Source of the DNA: the human T2T-CHM13v2.0 reference genome, Homo sapiens
Assembly: GCF_009914755.1 (NCBI RefSeq)
Contig: NC_060936.1
DNA: 64,000 nucleotides
Direction: 5' to 3' (one strand)
Shown here: positions 1-16,673 of the stretch, piece by piece
Layout of the letters: each line of letters opens with the position of its first letter
Position numbering within the stretch: position 1 is the first letter of the stretch
Notes under the pieces: model-generated
What the model saw: only the letters and a program-made list of their open reading frames with translations
Told to the model about the DNA's origin: nothing
Database searches by the model: none
Program-made: the position numbers and the translations under genes

Positions 1-588
1 TATATGTGTGAAAAAAGTCTATACAAGGAGGTAGTTTAAAGGATCTTTACATTAAAAATTTTTTAAATGCTTTCAAGGTTCTCTCCTTGTCAGAAGGATC
101 AAATACTTAACACAAGGCCTTTACAAGTTAGATTACTATATTGAAGGGGTTGATAACACTAAAATAAGTTTATAATCTTTATCTATTAATATATGCACCC
201 CCTCCTTTAGTCCACACCAGCCCCAGAACAACAAAATTCCAATACATGAAAGATATAGTATACTTTGTTGACAAAGAACTAATTGACTAAAGGTATTAAG
301 ACCAGAGTAAACATCTGAACAATTTGGAACACAGTCTAAGGGGAGAGGGGTTATAATTTAATTTTTCCAAACAGGACTGGAAGGCTCTAGGAGCAAGCAA
401 TGGAATGCAACACCGACACCAAACTTCTCACCCACCTGCACTCAAGCTCAAGCTCACAATAGTAATATTCCATAATTTAATCTATTTTAAATCTCTTAGT
501 ACTAAAATAAATAAAATTAGAATGCTGAACTACATTCTCCTGAAGATAATTTCAAAATGGCTCACAGAATAAATTCAAAGTGACTTAT

Positions 589-1342
<754 letters not shown>

Positions 1343-1823
1343 CAAAACAAAGTGACTTACAAGAAAGTGCTTTATCTTTCAGTTAAAATACACATGAAAA
1401 AATACTGGAAAAGGCCTACATGTATAAGAAAGGGACAGACTGGCTTAAGTAACTTATAAATTATGATAAATCCTGCAACATGGTATGCAACATTTAAAAA
1501 CGATGGTGTAAAAATATACTTATTGACAGCCAAGGATGGTCATGATATATTGAGAATAAAGTCAAGTCTCAGAACAGCTAGGTAAAATAGAACCTCAAAC
1601 ACCCACAGGCATACAAACACATACGATGGATATGTATAAAACATAGTAATAGTTTTACTTAGGTAATTAAACGTAATTGTCATACTCTTTTCCATAACCT
1701 TGGAAATTATGAAAAATATTAATATAAGGTCATGACATACATTCAGACCCAGGAACTATTACCAGGTCCTACTGTACTCCTTCTTCTCAGGACCATTATA
1801 AAAGTTTGGGTGGGCAAAGGTTA

Positions 1824-2170
<347 letters not shown>

Positions 2171-4388
2171 TTACCCTCAAGGTAAAAGCTGAAATGGATT
2201 TATAAAGAATTATTTTAAACAGCAATAATGTTTGAGGGGTGGGGGAAGTGAGAAAAATGAAATTTTAAATCACATGTTTATGACTATGAAGCTAGACTTT
2301 AAAAATAGGTCAGTTAGGGTATGACTCTTATAATACAAAAGTTTATTTGGTATACAAAGGATTTATAGCTAATGTATTTTTTAATTATATTCACTAATAC
2401 TTGTAAAAGATCATTCAATTTATAAAGTTTCCAAAATAAACCTGTTTAAAGTGTCACAAATGCAACGCAAGATGACTTTCATTGCTCTCACTTGGAAAAG
2501 TGCAAATTCCTCTAACAAAGTATATGCAATGGCTTCGTCACTATTCTCAGCTCCTAAGCAGACATGCACAACAAGGTTTGAACACATTCCAGGCGTGGCC
2601 TTCAAGCCCGGACCACACCTGCTTCCAAGGCCCTGCGGCTAAAAATAACTCTGGGGCCTCAAAAATGGGACACCAGCCAGGCCCAGGGGTAGCTGCAGGC
2701 CCCTTGCTCAGCTTCAACAGCAAAAGCAGGAGCTACAAAAACTCTAAAATCACAGAACACTCCACCACAGGCTTCCTTCTCTCAGTCTCTTTGTGCCAGT
2801 CACCTACAACCTAGGCCTGCTCAGTTTCTTTGCTCCATGAGGGCAAAACTAACCCTAGGAATTTAGAGACAAGTGAGGTTATTGTTTTTAAAAGATACTG
2901 TGGACTAGGACTCAGGAGACCTTGTTCCTAATTTCAACTCATCTACTAAAATGCTAAAATGGCGTATACAGTGTCACTTGACATTCCCCAAGCCTGTGTT
3001 TTTCCTACTTGTATAATGAGGAATTCAGTGATCACTAATATCTAAAGATTATTTCACTTAGAACAAAAAGATATTGCTGTAAGTGTGCCTCAGTTCTCAG
3101 CAAAGTCTCCTAACAGGGACAGGGCTGACTTATCATTAAGCAGTCATATTATGGTGTGAGAGTTTATACCCTACAACACACAAACTAAAACGGGTAACTC
3201 TGGGGTAACTGTTCCAGGTAATTCCTTTGTGACAGGGGATTTTCAAGGCTTGCTCTGAGCAACTATTTCCACTTCTCTTCCAATCCCACAGTATGCAGGA
3301 GACCCCTTTGGGGATTTTGTTACTCTACCAGGTAAGGAAAAAAGAAAGGGCGGCCAGGTAGCAGAGAAAGATGCAGCAACAGCATCGCTGTTCATTCACT
3401 GCAGGATCCTAGTCTGTGCTAATTTAAGTCATTGCATCTGTCCGCACACTTCCCCCTGCTGGGGCCCTGGAAGTTAATGATATCAGGAAGCTGTATCAGG
3501 AGCAAAGTACCACAAAGTGACAGGCCAAGACCTAGGCTGAAGAATCACAGCACCACAGGAAAGCAAGGACACTAAAGGCTAGCGGAGTAGCCCCAGACGG
3601 GAGTCGGAACATTCTCTGTCCTCATCCCTTGGTTATTTTTTCCACTTTGTCCTTTCCACTGTCTTTTTCTATAATTCGGCTCCATCACATCATCTAACTG
3701 TAGTTTCTGGACCCTTCTTTTGTCCTTAGAGGCTTTGCTGTTTCTTCATCCTCATATTCATCTTAATTTCTCTCTTCATGAGTATAACCAAGCCTCTTCC
3801 TGTCTGATGTTAAGCTCTTATCATACATTCATTTTCTATTTTTTGAGGAGGAACTGCCAAGTCCCTTGATGTACTGCTATTATAACAAGTAATATTTTCC
3901 AGACTGGTTTGAGACAGTCACCCGTGAATTCAGGTATTTTATCATCTATCAGCCTTTAAAATCTTTGATTTGTTACTCTAAAAAAAAGTTTTATTTTGGA
4001 GGAGAAAGGTAAAATTTTTCCAGTTTGGTGTTTCACACATGGTTGGTTATACTAAGTAAAGATCATCAATTCAATATTTTACATTTATATTAGCCCTTAA
4101 ATACCTCATGTTCCAGATACTAAGTCAGACTTCCACCTAAGCCTCACAGGAAGACACAAATTCTCAGGATTTTCACACTAGATTATTTAGAAAACAAACA
4201 AGATCTGAATTATTTTATAATCTAGTGCTCAGATTCTAAAAGCAGAAATAACCTCTGCACATGCAGAAAAAGCTGGCTTCATCAAGAGTCTGCCTGGCAC
4301 ATTAGGACGGACACCTGTGCCAGTGCTCAGCCGCTCAGCCCTGCCCATCCTCCTCCACCAGCCTCGGTGAGCTGTTAGTTCTCCTTAC

Positions 4389-4504
4389 CTCAGCTCCCAG
4401 TAACGCTGTTGTCTGATTCTTTAGAAGGGTTTCCCAAACAATCTTAATAGCAAAACAAATAGTAATGGGCTATATCCCATAGAAGAAGATAAATATCAAT
4501 GAGT
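4389..4504 (-). other. Candidate 116-nt cassette exon of the minus-strand gene
   Basis: Minus-strand acceptor TTTTTTTCCCCTTAG| and donor GAG|GTAAGG in non-repetitive DNA; no transcript evidence. Confidence 0.3.
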
Positions 4505-5630
4505 CTAAGGGGAAAAAAATTTTTTTTTACAAAACATCTGCTTCTACAAATCAAAGTTTGAGAGAATGGTGTTTCTATTTGCTATTCTTTTTTATTTTTT
4601 CTTTTTTAAGAGGTTATTCTGTCATTTTTACACAGTACTATACTTGGCCCTCTATAATTCTGGGTGTAATGTCAGTTGGGTTCAGGCACATTACCTGCAG
4701 CAGCAACAAACACCTTCCTATCAAAGTCTCAATTTCCCACTCTAAAATACCAATATGTCAGTGTTGAAGTTAAATTAGGTTTCTAACCCAATGCAGGGAA
4801 AAAGAGAATTGATGGCAAGTCCTTGATATTAATTAGTTGAGTAAATGTTGAAAATGACATTTTGAACAAATATGAAAAGATAACATGCCGGTCAGATGTC
4901 CAGCAAGCCAAAGAGAAAGGCTTCCTGAAAAATGTAAATTTCAAAGAGAGTTTTGAAAGAAAATAGGGACATGAACCAGCAGAGAGAAGAGAGGAAGATG
5001 ATTCCAGATGCAGAAAACGCATGAGCAAAGACAGAGGGATAACAAACTGTATGCAGGCTTTCCTGGCTACAGATTATGTCAACAAGTAACAAAATAAGTT
5101 GGTAGAGTAAAAGGGGCTAGATGGTAAAGAATCCTGAAGTCTAAAGCCATCTAGGCCACTGTACGCTTTATGAAAATAACATAAGAACACTACTAAGAGA
5201 ATTTCACTCTGGTAACTCTATTCAGAATGGACTGAGGTGAGAATAGATTTAAGGAGACTGACTGACTAGTCTCCTTACAGTACCATACAGTTTTAGTTGC
5301 CTATGGATGCGCTCAGTCTAGAATGGTAACTATAAAACCTGAGAGCCAAGAGACTGTTAATAGTCTAAATCCAAGGCAATGTGCCTGGCACAAGATATAC
5401 CCTTATTATATGTCATGGGCACTGAAAGTACCCATGAAAATGGCTATCTAGACTACATGATTGAATTATTGCACCAGAATAATATCTGAAAATATCTCAA
5501 TGTCTTATTCTGTCCCAGCTTCACATAAGCTAATGTAAAGCAAAATGAGCACTATGTACAGGCTCAAGTTTTACTAATTAGGTCATTGTTTATAAACCAG
5601 AATAATTAGACATAATAAAAGGCTGAAATA

Positions 5631-6218
5631 GGCCGGGCACAGTGGCTCATGCATGTAATCCCAGCACTTTGGGAGGCCGAGGCTGATGGATCACCTGAAG
5701 TTAGGAGTTCAAGACCAGCCTGGCCAACATGGTGAGACCCTGTCTCTACTAAAAATACAAAAATTAGCCGGACATGGTGGCACATGCCTGTAATCTTAGC
5801 TACTCAGGAAGCTGAGGCAAGAGAATTACTTAAACCTGGGAGGCAGAGGTCGCAGTGAGCCAAGATCGCTGCCATTGCAATCCAGCCTGGGCAACAAGAA
5901 CGAAACTCCATCTCAAAAAAAAAACGCCGATGCGGTGGCTCACACCTGTAATCCCAACACTTTGGGAGGCCGAGGTGGGCGGATCGCCTGAGGTCGGGAG
6001 TTCGAGACCAGCCTGACAAACATGGAGAAACCCCCATCTCTACTAAAAACACAAAAATTAGCCAGGCATGGTGGCGCATTCCTGTAAGCCCAGCTACTCG
6101 GGAGGCTGAGGCAGGAGAATTGCTTGAACCCAGGAAGTGGAGGTTGCGGTGGGCCAAGATCACGCCACTGCACTCTATCTAGCCTGGGCAACAAGAGCAA
6201 AACTCCATCTCAAAAAAA
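5631..6218 (+). mobile_element. Two tandem AluS elements (5631-5924, 5925-6218)
   Basis: Two dimers head-to-tail sharing outer TSD AGGCTGAAATA. Confidence 0.9.
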
Positions 6219-7134
6219 CAGGCTGAAATAAAAGGCTGAAAAATAGGTAGACTCTGAAGGTTGACATTTCTTCAAGGATGACTTTCTTCAATATATTTTT
6301 CTGTAATTTCTAAGTTTCCTATTTTATAGATAACTTTCATAACAGAAAACTATATATATTTTTAATAAGACGTAACTCATGTCATGTCATGAAAAAAAGA
6401 TGTGGAAGTCAAAGTGAAACCTAAATGAATTTTAATACACTATCATGACATTCATCCAACAGTGACTATAGTGTGAGCAAATTTTTAAAAAGTTTTTAAA
6501 TGTAATTACATAGCCCTATGACAGCAATGCTACAAGGTAAAAGACATTCATATGTATTCTACACAAAGCAATATAACTATATATGATTCAGTACCAGGCA
6601 ATGTTCCTTTGCCAAATGTAACCTTCAGTATCAAAGAACACATATTCAAAATTAAAATTATAAGCAAAATCATTACAAATACAGTAAGCTTGCTATTGAT
6701 GAAACTTAATATAAACCAGACCATAGAACTGTCTATTAAGAAACTCAATGGCTAAATGCCAAAATATCTAATTTCACCATCTCATCTAAAACATAGTCCA
6801 CGGCATAGACCCTAAAAATATGCTCACAAAGCTCCACAGTCTAATTCTCTACTGGACAGATTATGAAATACATTCAAAAGAAACCTATCACCATTTGCTA
6901 TCAACATATTTAAGTGTCACATAAGCATCACTAAGTATCAGAGACTGAAAGCCCCTCTAAGTAGAACACGATAATAAATGTTCAGTTTTTTCTCTTGCAA
7001 ATAGTGTTCATTCTTCTAATTCTGGGGTGTGGATCTTAGCTAATCTATAAAACTCCAGGAAAAAAATTAAATGAGTTAGTAGAATATATATATATATGTT
7101 CATTTATCGAGCACCAACTAGATTCAATTTCCTA

Positions 7135-7310
7135 TAGCACAATTTCCCACTTTTGCCTGATCACAAGAATCACTTAGAAACTTGATAAAAATGCCCAACC
7201 AGGCCCACCTCTGGAGATTGATTCGTGGGTCTAGAGTGGAACCTGTGAATTTGCATATTTAACAAATGTCCCAGGAGGTTCAGAGAATCAGGCAGGTTTG
7301 AAAACATGCA
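7135..7310. mobile_element. MER5-type hAT-Charlie MITE remnant
   Basis: GAATCACTTAGAAACTTG...GAATTTGCATATTTAACAA...GTTTGAAAAC resembles MER5. Confidence 0.6.
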
Positions 7311-8124
7311 TCCCCGTGCGCCACCACGCCTGGCTAAAGACATCTATCCTAAAGACATCTTTGGTCTTTCTCTCAATGTTCACATTTAATCAGTTGTCAA
7401 GACCTACTGATTTTCAGTCTCTCTTACCTGGAGGACATAGAGGCATAAAAGCTGGATTTGAGTTGAAAATAATGGTAAGAGGAGAAATGGGAAGTCAGTC
7501 ATGTCACGTCATTAAAGAAAGTCAGAGACTACTGAAATTTCATAGCCAAAGAAGGACTTCCACTTAGTCTAGTGCATGTCTTCTGGCAAGTTAATAATGT
7601 CCCTTTTACAAAATGTTACATATTTATTCAAAGTCACACTATTCATCAGTGGTAAAAGACAGAAAATAGCTTCTAGGGAGTGTGCTTTCCACAACCCTAG
7701 AGAGCTTACCAAACATTCTGCAAATTTTAATAGGCTCCTGAAAAACACAGAACGCAAAATATTTCAAAAGATGAGAAATAATGCACCCTTTTAAACACTT
7801 AATGGGTGTGGCTGTGGAGAGTTGCCCTCACCAAAATGCCAGCCTGCCATGAAGTTACAGATGAAATGCCAGGCATGAAATAGAGAACCAAATGGTGAGG
7901 CAACAGCCTCGGCAGGACTCTAGTGAAGGGGGAGGAACCCTCGAAGCAAATGCTTGTCAACTTCCTGGGTCACCATGAAAATACAGTAAGACAGTTAAAG
8001 TATGTAATAAAATATAAAGCATGTAATAAATGCTCAGGTAATCCTCCCACCTATTGTAAATTCTAACATTTGCTAAAAAGGGAACAACTCAGTACATGAT
8101 TAAATGGAGGAGCATTTTGGCTAA

Positions 8125-8245
8125 CAGAGTAGCTCTGAACCTTAGTTACACATTAAAATCATCTGGGAGCTCTTAAATATCCAGATGTACCTCAGAATGA
8201 TAAATCAGAATCTCTGAGGAATGGGCCCAGGCATCAGTATTTTTC
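8125..8245. mobile_element. MER5A-like remnant
   Basis: CATCTGGGAGCTCTTAAA...AAATCAGAATCTCTG...GGGCCCAGGCATCAGTATTTTT. Confidence 0.65.
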
Positions 8246-8936
8246 ACACGAACAAGCAGAGGTGGATCCTTTACCTTCTCCTAAAAAACTGTCACAAGGG
8301 ACAGGTCACTTGGAAGGCAGTTTAAGAGAGAGCAGAGGAGAAATCTGGTGACACATGTAACACTGTGATTAATCTATTGCTTACGATGTTTTATATGTTG
8401 AAAGTCTGGAATTCTGAATATTTTATTATGTAAGAGATCCAGTTCTCCAATGTCACAGCCTCTATAATTTGAATAATAATAAAGGAGCACAACAATTCAC
8501 TTATGATACCCAACAGAAGACTGCAAGGATATGCTGGGGCACAGAGCCCAATTAGGGTTTAATAAGACAGGGTTTATGGGTGAAGCAATCTAGTTTCCAA
8601 TCTTTCTTCTTAAAAATCTACAAATGTTTAGGTGTAGATGTGTCAAGGAAAGATTGTTAAAGCTTGGGAGAGATAGAGTTCAGTGTTCACCGGCTTATGA
8701 ATGCACGTTAAATAAATATCTCCACCCAGGAATTTCCCATTACTAACGGCTAATCACCATCACAAGGGCATACAGCCCTTTAGAATTCCTCTCTAATCCA
8801 ATCCTGTAAAACTTCACTTAGGATGATGATGGAAACCAAGATTCGGGCCTCCAGCCAATCTATATTACATTAAATAAAGGACGTCACCACCCTTCTCAAG
8901 GTTGGGCCAGCAGTTATTTAAAAAAAAAAAAAAAAA

Positions 8937-9525
8937 GGCTGGGCACAGTGGTTCACACCTGCAATCCCAGCACTTTGGGAGGCCGAGGCAGGTGGACCAT
9001 TTGAGGTCAGGAGTTCAAGACCAGCCTGACCAACATGGTGAAACCCCGTCTCTACTAAAAAATACGAAAAAATTAGCCGGGCGTGGTAGCATAGTCCCAG
9101 CTACTCGGGAGGCTGGGGAGGCTGAAGCAGGAGAATCACTTGAACTTGGGATGTGGAGGTTGCAGTGAGCCAAGATCGCACCACTGCACCCTGGCCTGGG
9201 CGACAGACTGAGACTCTGTCTCATAAAAAGAAAAAAGAAAATGAGACCAGGAGTTTGAGACTAGCCTAGGCAACATACTGAGACCCCGACTCTACTTTAA
9301 AAAAAAAAAAAACTAAAAAAAAACATCAGCCAGGTGTGCTGACAGGGGCCCGTAGTCCCAGCTACTAGTGAGGCTAAGCCTGGGAGATGGAGGTTGCTGC
9401 AAGGCTACTGGGGAGCTTGAGCCCGGGAGATAGAGGTTGCAGTGAGCTATGATTGCCACTGCACTCCAGCCTGGGCCACAGAGTGAGACCCTGTCTTAAA
9501 ATATATAAAAATATAAATTAAAAAA
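8937..9525 (+). mobile_element. AluS (8937-9241) followed by a 5'-truncated AluJ (9243-9525)
   Basis: Alu consensus motifs and A-tails. Confidence 0.85.
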
Positions 9526-10093
9526 ATTTTTAAAGATGGTATTTAACCAGAGTCAGGAGTTTTCGTAACATATTAACATCCAATACAAGGAACACTAGGT
9601 TAGAAAATGCTCATTCAGCTATTTCCCTTGTACAGTGGGTCTAACTTGTGCTTCCTTCACTTACACAACAGTTTTTGAACATCTATACTGTGCAAGGCTT
9701 TTTGCTCAAGGAATCTTTGGAGGATACAATTTTAAAGCAATTTCATAAGATATCTATAAGGCTCCGTGAGATCACATAGCAAGAGTGGGAGAGAAAAATT
9801 TCAAGTGGTGACATCTAGAAGTCAACAGGAGGAGGTGAGGAGGTGGTCAATCCCACCTATGTATTTATTCTGGACGCTCTCCTACCCCAACTCCTTAGGG
9901 TGCTACACAATCTCTTTGTATTCACAAATAACCCCTGGTCAAGAGGTTTGGAGGGAGCGGCGACACCACCAGCCAGCAAACTTCTACTAATTCTGGAGGC
10001 AACTTCCTGTCAGCTGGTCCCTAAAGGCTGGTTGCTTCCTGCCAGGAGGCCACTTAGCACAGATTCATCTTTCTTCAGGAGGCAGACAGTTGC

Positions 10094-10095
10094 TT

Positions 10096-10134
<39 letters not shown>

Positions 10135-10426
10135 TTTTTTTGAGCCAGGAGTCTCACTCTGATTGCCCAGGCTGGAGTGCAGTGGTGCTGATCATGGCTC
10201 ACTGCAGCCTCAACCTCCCAGGCTCAGGTGATCCCCCCAGCTCAGCCTCCCGAGTAACTGGGACTACATGTGCACACCATCACGCCTGGCTAATTTCTCT
10301 ATTTTTAGTAGAGCTGGAGTTTCACCATGTTGCCCAGACTGGTCTCAAACTCCTGGACTCAAGCAATTGACTCACCTCAGTCTCCCAAAGTCCTGGGATT
10401 ATGGGCGTGAGCCACCGCACCTGGCC
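10094..10426 (-). mobile_element. AluJ
   Basis: Poly-T followed by antisense Alu body. Confidence 0.88.
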
Positions 10427-10994
10427 ACTTGCTGATTCTCACTGTGGCACTGATTTTAGAGGGAAAGGCAGAGGGGAAGACAATTCATCTTCCCTTCAAC
10501 CCCAGGTACACACAGTCCCCTGCCCCACACAAATACAAACATGAAGAATAAAAGAGGTACAGGCCTTGACAAGGTTACACTGACATTATTTCCACCCAAC
10601 AGTATCTCCCACAAAGCGTTAAGGAGGGAAAATAAGAAACTCTTATTAAAATTAGTCTATCTTATTGGAAGGCCCAGTAAGGTAGGTAAATGGCATAAAT
10701 TCTCAGGAGTTGGTCAATCTATGATAGTTGTAGTTGGAATGAGCTGTCTGTCTAGACCCATGGTCTTCAAGCTTTTCAGCTGACAGCCCACTTCAGAGTG
10801 ACAAACTACCAGGTCTATGTCTTCCTAACAACTATTTCTCTGTCTACATGTGTTCCACCACAAACCCTAGAGAGAAATAACTGTGAAAAAAATTCTGTAA
10901 AGTGAGATATAACATCCAGATTAAAATGTAAATACAAGAGCACTGAAAATGTATGCACATGTAACAAACCTGCACATATACCCCAAATCTAAAA

Positions 10995-11870
<876 letters not shown>

Positions 11871-11956
11871 AAGGGCAGGCAGGCCAAGGCATGACTCCAG
11901 ATGTAAAGAAACTAAAGACACAAGTAAATGTAGAACACGATCCTCAATTGGACCCT

Positions 11957-12302
11957 GTATGCAAGACCAAATATTTGTGTCCCCACTAAATTCTTAAATT
12001 AAAACCCTAAGTCCATTGTGATAGTATCTGAAACTGGGGCCTTTAGAGGGTAATTAGGTCATGAGGTGGAGCCCTCATGAATGGGATTCATGCTATATAA
12101 AAAGGACCCCCAGAGAGCTCTCTTTCTTGGGTATACGATGAGAAATTGGTACTCTGCAACCCAGAAGAGGGCCCTCACCAGAACCAGATCATGCTGGCAC
12201 TCTGATCTCAGACTTTTAGCCTTCAGAACTATAAGAAGTCAATTTGTTATTTATAAGCTACCCAGTCTAAGGTTGTTATAGCAACCCAAGCAAACTAAGA
12301 CT
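11957..12302 (+). mobile_element. MLT1A-type MaLR LTR
   Basis: GGGGCCTTTAGAGGGTAATTAGGTCATGAGGTGGAGCCCTCATGAATGGGATT...CAGAACTATAAGAA...AACTAAGAC. Confidence 0.75.
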
Positions 12303-13149
12303 GTACTAGACAGTACAATGCTATGAAGAATGTCGTTGTGTCAACTTACAGGACTGAAATACACGTGTGGGCTAGTTAGAAGTATTAAATCAATGTCAGG
12401 TTTACTGGGGTTGACAACTGTACTGTGGGTAGGAAACTGTCCTTGTTCTTCGGAGACCTGCTGATGTGCTTGAGGATAGTGGGCCATGTGTACAACTTAT
12501 GGTTCAGAAAAATGTATCATATATAAATATGAAGAGAGAGCAAGTAATAAAGCAAAGGGGGCAAACTGGTAATAGTAGATGCTGTTCTTTTATTTTTTTC
12601 TGTAAATTTAAAATTATTTTCAAACAAAAAGATAAAAAAGTAAATAGAATACACATAATCTGAGATCTAGAAATTCTACTTCCAATAATTTGTCTTATAT
12701 AAATACCTGCCCAAGTATATTATGTGAAATACTTTTCCCTGTAACATGTTTATAACTGTAAAAAGAAACAACTTCAAAGTTAATGAGTGATAAATTGGCT
12801 AAATATATTATTATATCAATGTAGTATACCATATGGACATGTAAAAAGAAAGATGTCTATCTGATATAGAATGACTTCCAGAAATATATTCTTTTGTGAA
12901 GAGAAAAAAAGAATTGGTTTATCCCTAGAAACAAAACCAATAAAAAACTCAAGAAGCCTAGGAATGTTTGGATTTGGTTAAGAAAGAAGCTAAGCCTGTT
13001 CTATTTATTTATGAGGCCAGTTATTTGTATTTGTAATACAAATAATTTTCTCCCTTACAGCATTGATAATACAAGCTTTACTAATGAAAAAGGAAACTAA
13101 TACAATCTTGTATGCCACTTACTCCTGTGGTTAACTCAAAGCATTTAAA

Positions 13150-14905
13150 AATAAATTTCGTAAAAACTCAAGTATAACATATATGCCAATAAGCATACAC
13201 AAATCATGAATGTACAGCTCAAAGAATTTTTATAAGGTTAACACACTCATGTAATCACCATCCTGATCAAGAAATAGAAACCCACCTGTACTCCAGAAGT
13301 TGGCTTCATATGTCTTCCTACTACTAATCTCTCTCCCCAAAGGTAACCACGAACCTGACTTCTTATACCATGGCTGAGTTTTGCCTGTTTTTGAGCTCTT
13401 TTGTGTCTGAACTGTTTTGTACAAAATTATGTTCATATCTATGTTGTTGTAAGTAGCAAGAGTTTTTTCATGTTCACTTCTACCTAGTATCTCATTGAAT
13501 ATACAACAATGTATTTATCTATTCTTCCACTGATGGACATGTGGGTTGTTTCCAGCTTGGAGTTATTATGAATTGTGCTGCTATGAACATTCTTGTACAT
13601 GTCTTTTGGTGAGCATAAGTACACATTTCTGTTGGGTATACACCTAGGAGTGGGTTTGCTAGGTTAAACGCATAAGTATGTAACACTTTAGTATAATAGA
13701 TACAACCAGTTTTCCACAGTTATTCCAATTTACAATTCCAGAATCCATACATGAGGGTTCTAGTTGCTCTACACCCATGCTGATACTGGTATTTTCAAGT
13801 TTTTGTTTGTTTCTCAATTTTAGCTACTCTGATCAGTGTGTAGTGGTAATTCACTGTGGTTTCATTCAGCATTTTTTGATGACGAATATGGCTGAACACT
13901 GCTAGAAGCTTTAGTTTTTTTTAACCTTTCGCATTGAGATCTACAATTAGCCTATAATTTATTTTTGTAAGTGATGGCAAGCAAGGACCAAAATTAGTTT
14001 TCTTTTTCTTTTCATACAGATAGGCAATTGACGTAGGATCATTTATCGAAAGATCTTTCTTTCCACATTGCTGTAAAGTGCCATTTTAATCATAAATTAG
14101 TATCTACATATATGGGTCTGATTCAGGGCTCTATTCTGTTCCATTATCCATTCATTTATTCCACACTGTATATTCAATAGTGTGAATCCTACAACTTTGT
14201 TCTTCCTTAATATTACCTTGACTATTCTTGCCATTTGCACTGCCATATGAATTTTAGAATCAACTTATATAAACTTCTGTAAAAGTTTCAGGTATCTTTC
14301 TTAGATTTATTACCAGCATTTGATATTTTTTGATGCTATTATAAACAGCATCTAAACATTTCATTTTCTGATTACTGTTATATAGAAATATAGGTTTTGT
14401 ATAATAACCTCACATCCAGTAATCTTACTAAATTTATGTTTACTTTGAGATGGATTCTCGCTCTGTCACCCAGGCTGGAGTGCAGTGGCATGATCTCAGC
14501 TCACTGAAAACCTCTGCCTCCCAGGTTCAAGCGATTCTCAGCTTGATGCCTCAGCCTCCTGAGTAGCTGGGGCTACAGGTGTGCACCACCAAGCCCAGCT
14601 AATTTGTGTACTTTTTTTTTTTTTTTTTTTCCGTAAAGACAAGGTTTCACCATGTTTACCAGGCTAGTCTCAAACTCCTGACCTCAGGTGATCCGCCCGC
14701 CTCAGCCTCCCAAAGTGCTGGGATTACAGGCATGAGCCAACACGCCTGGCCACTACATTTATTTTTAAAGCATTATTTTTTAACTTACATAAAGTAAAAT
14801 TAATGCTTTTTGGTGTACAGTTCTATGAGTTTTGACCAAATGTACACTGTAATGTAACCATCACCACAATCAAGATGCAGAACGTTTCCATCGCTCCAAA
14901 AAATT
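13150..14905 (-). mobile_element. Old L1M (MC/ME-like) fragments, antisense
   Basis: TTCCACTGATGGACATGTGGGTTGTTTCCAG...GCTATGAACATTCTTGTACATGTCTTTTGG. Confidence 0.7.
14435..14751 (-). mobile_element. AluS
   Basis: Antisense Alu body. Confidence 0.88.
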
Positions 14906-16317
14906 CAAAAACAAATCCTGGTCAAATCTTAAGTTACCCTAATAACAGATAAGAGAGTACATGGATAAATAAAGTCTAACGATATCCTATAAACTACAAT
15001 CTAGCCAAAACTATATGACAGCTTCAGTCTCATTTCCTGGCAAATCTTTCCCCACCAAATTCAAAGCCGGTAAGAGAAATGGTAACCAAATCACAGTTCT
15101 AGAGCCATAATGTACCAATCTAATATTTAATATGTGGATTCTGAATATCTGAATGGAAAAGAACTTGTTATAAATGATATTGATGTAATAACAGTAACAT
15201 CATGTACTTTTAGAAACCCAAATGAAATTACACTATAAAAATAAGTTATATTTCCCATGCAAAATAAATGGATAATGAAAACATCTGAGAGTTATTTATA
15301 CAATATTATAAATTTATGAAATGCTATCATTTGGGGGGGAAATTCTGCACCCTCTGGATAATGATTATGTTAATGAATTCTGGTCTACTAATGATCACCC
15401 ATGGTTTAGTTTTATCTTTTTTACTTTACCTGTGTTTCGTGGTTGTGTTTTTTCACAATTAAATGTCCAGCCTATGCTCAGAGGGATGGATGGTGATAAG
15501 TAGCCCCAAAGGGCCTAGATAATATTTTGCAATGAAACTGTCAGTGCTACCAAATATATTTCAATCCTTGAGTTACTGTATAACCAAAGTTAAGAATGAA
15601 TGAACAAGGGTGGCTCTGACCATTATGGCAACTTTCCACAATGTAGTTCTTTGAAGCTGCCTCAGTCCTTCCATTACCTCCGCTATTTACACACCCAGGT
15701 GTTTTTAGTATTTTGTAAGAAGGGACTGGTAATGGTCAATCAAGACCTGGCAATAGGCCAGAAAGCAATATAGATGTCACAGATGGTCAAGCACAAAGAC
15801 AACACTAGATAGACATGCTGTGTTCTAGTGTAAGCACTACCAACATCTCATGCATTCTGAGTCACCCTACATATTGCTTACCCATTCCTATTTGGTTTAC
15901 TGGATTTTGCTTGTTTACTTTATTCCTCCTATAGTATTGTCAGCATGAGAACATTTTAAGTCATGGCACCATATGGCAATAATATATAACTCCATAACTA
16001 AAATAAGCTCCCTAAAGACTGGCTATCTGTCAGATACTATCTATAAGACACAAAAAATTAAAAACATCAAGTGCTTGAAACCTAAAAATAATTTTATCTT
16101 AGCAGTACCCTTAAGCCTCAACCACAATCACATTATTTCTTACCTTTAATTAACATCATGATATCATTGTCCATATGAGAGCCATGGACAACAAATAAAT
16201 CAGTTTAGAAATACTTCTTTATACCTGGCATGAAAATATAGCTGTTCTTAACAGAAATAAAAATTCACTGAATTTGGACTGGTGTTTTGTTTGCTCTATG
16301 TATTTAAAACAATAACA

Positions 16318-16673
<356 letters not shown>

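Noticed and set aside
7420-7432. Isolated strong minus-strand donor (CAG|GTAAGA)
   Set aside because: No convincing paired acceptor identified; such motifs are common in long introns.
9843-10370. 175-aa ORF and the many similar Alu-derived ORFs
   Set aside because: They translate antisense Alu sequence and poly-T tracts.
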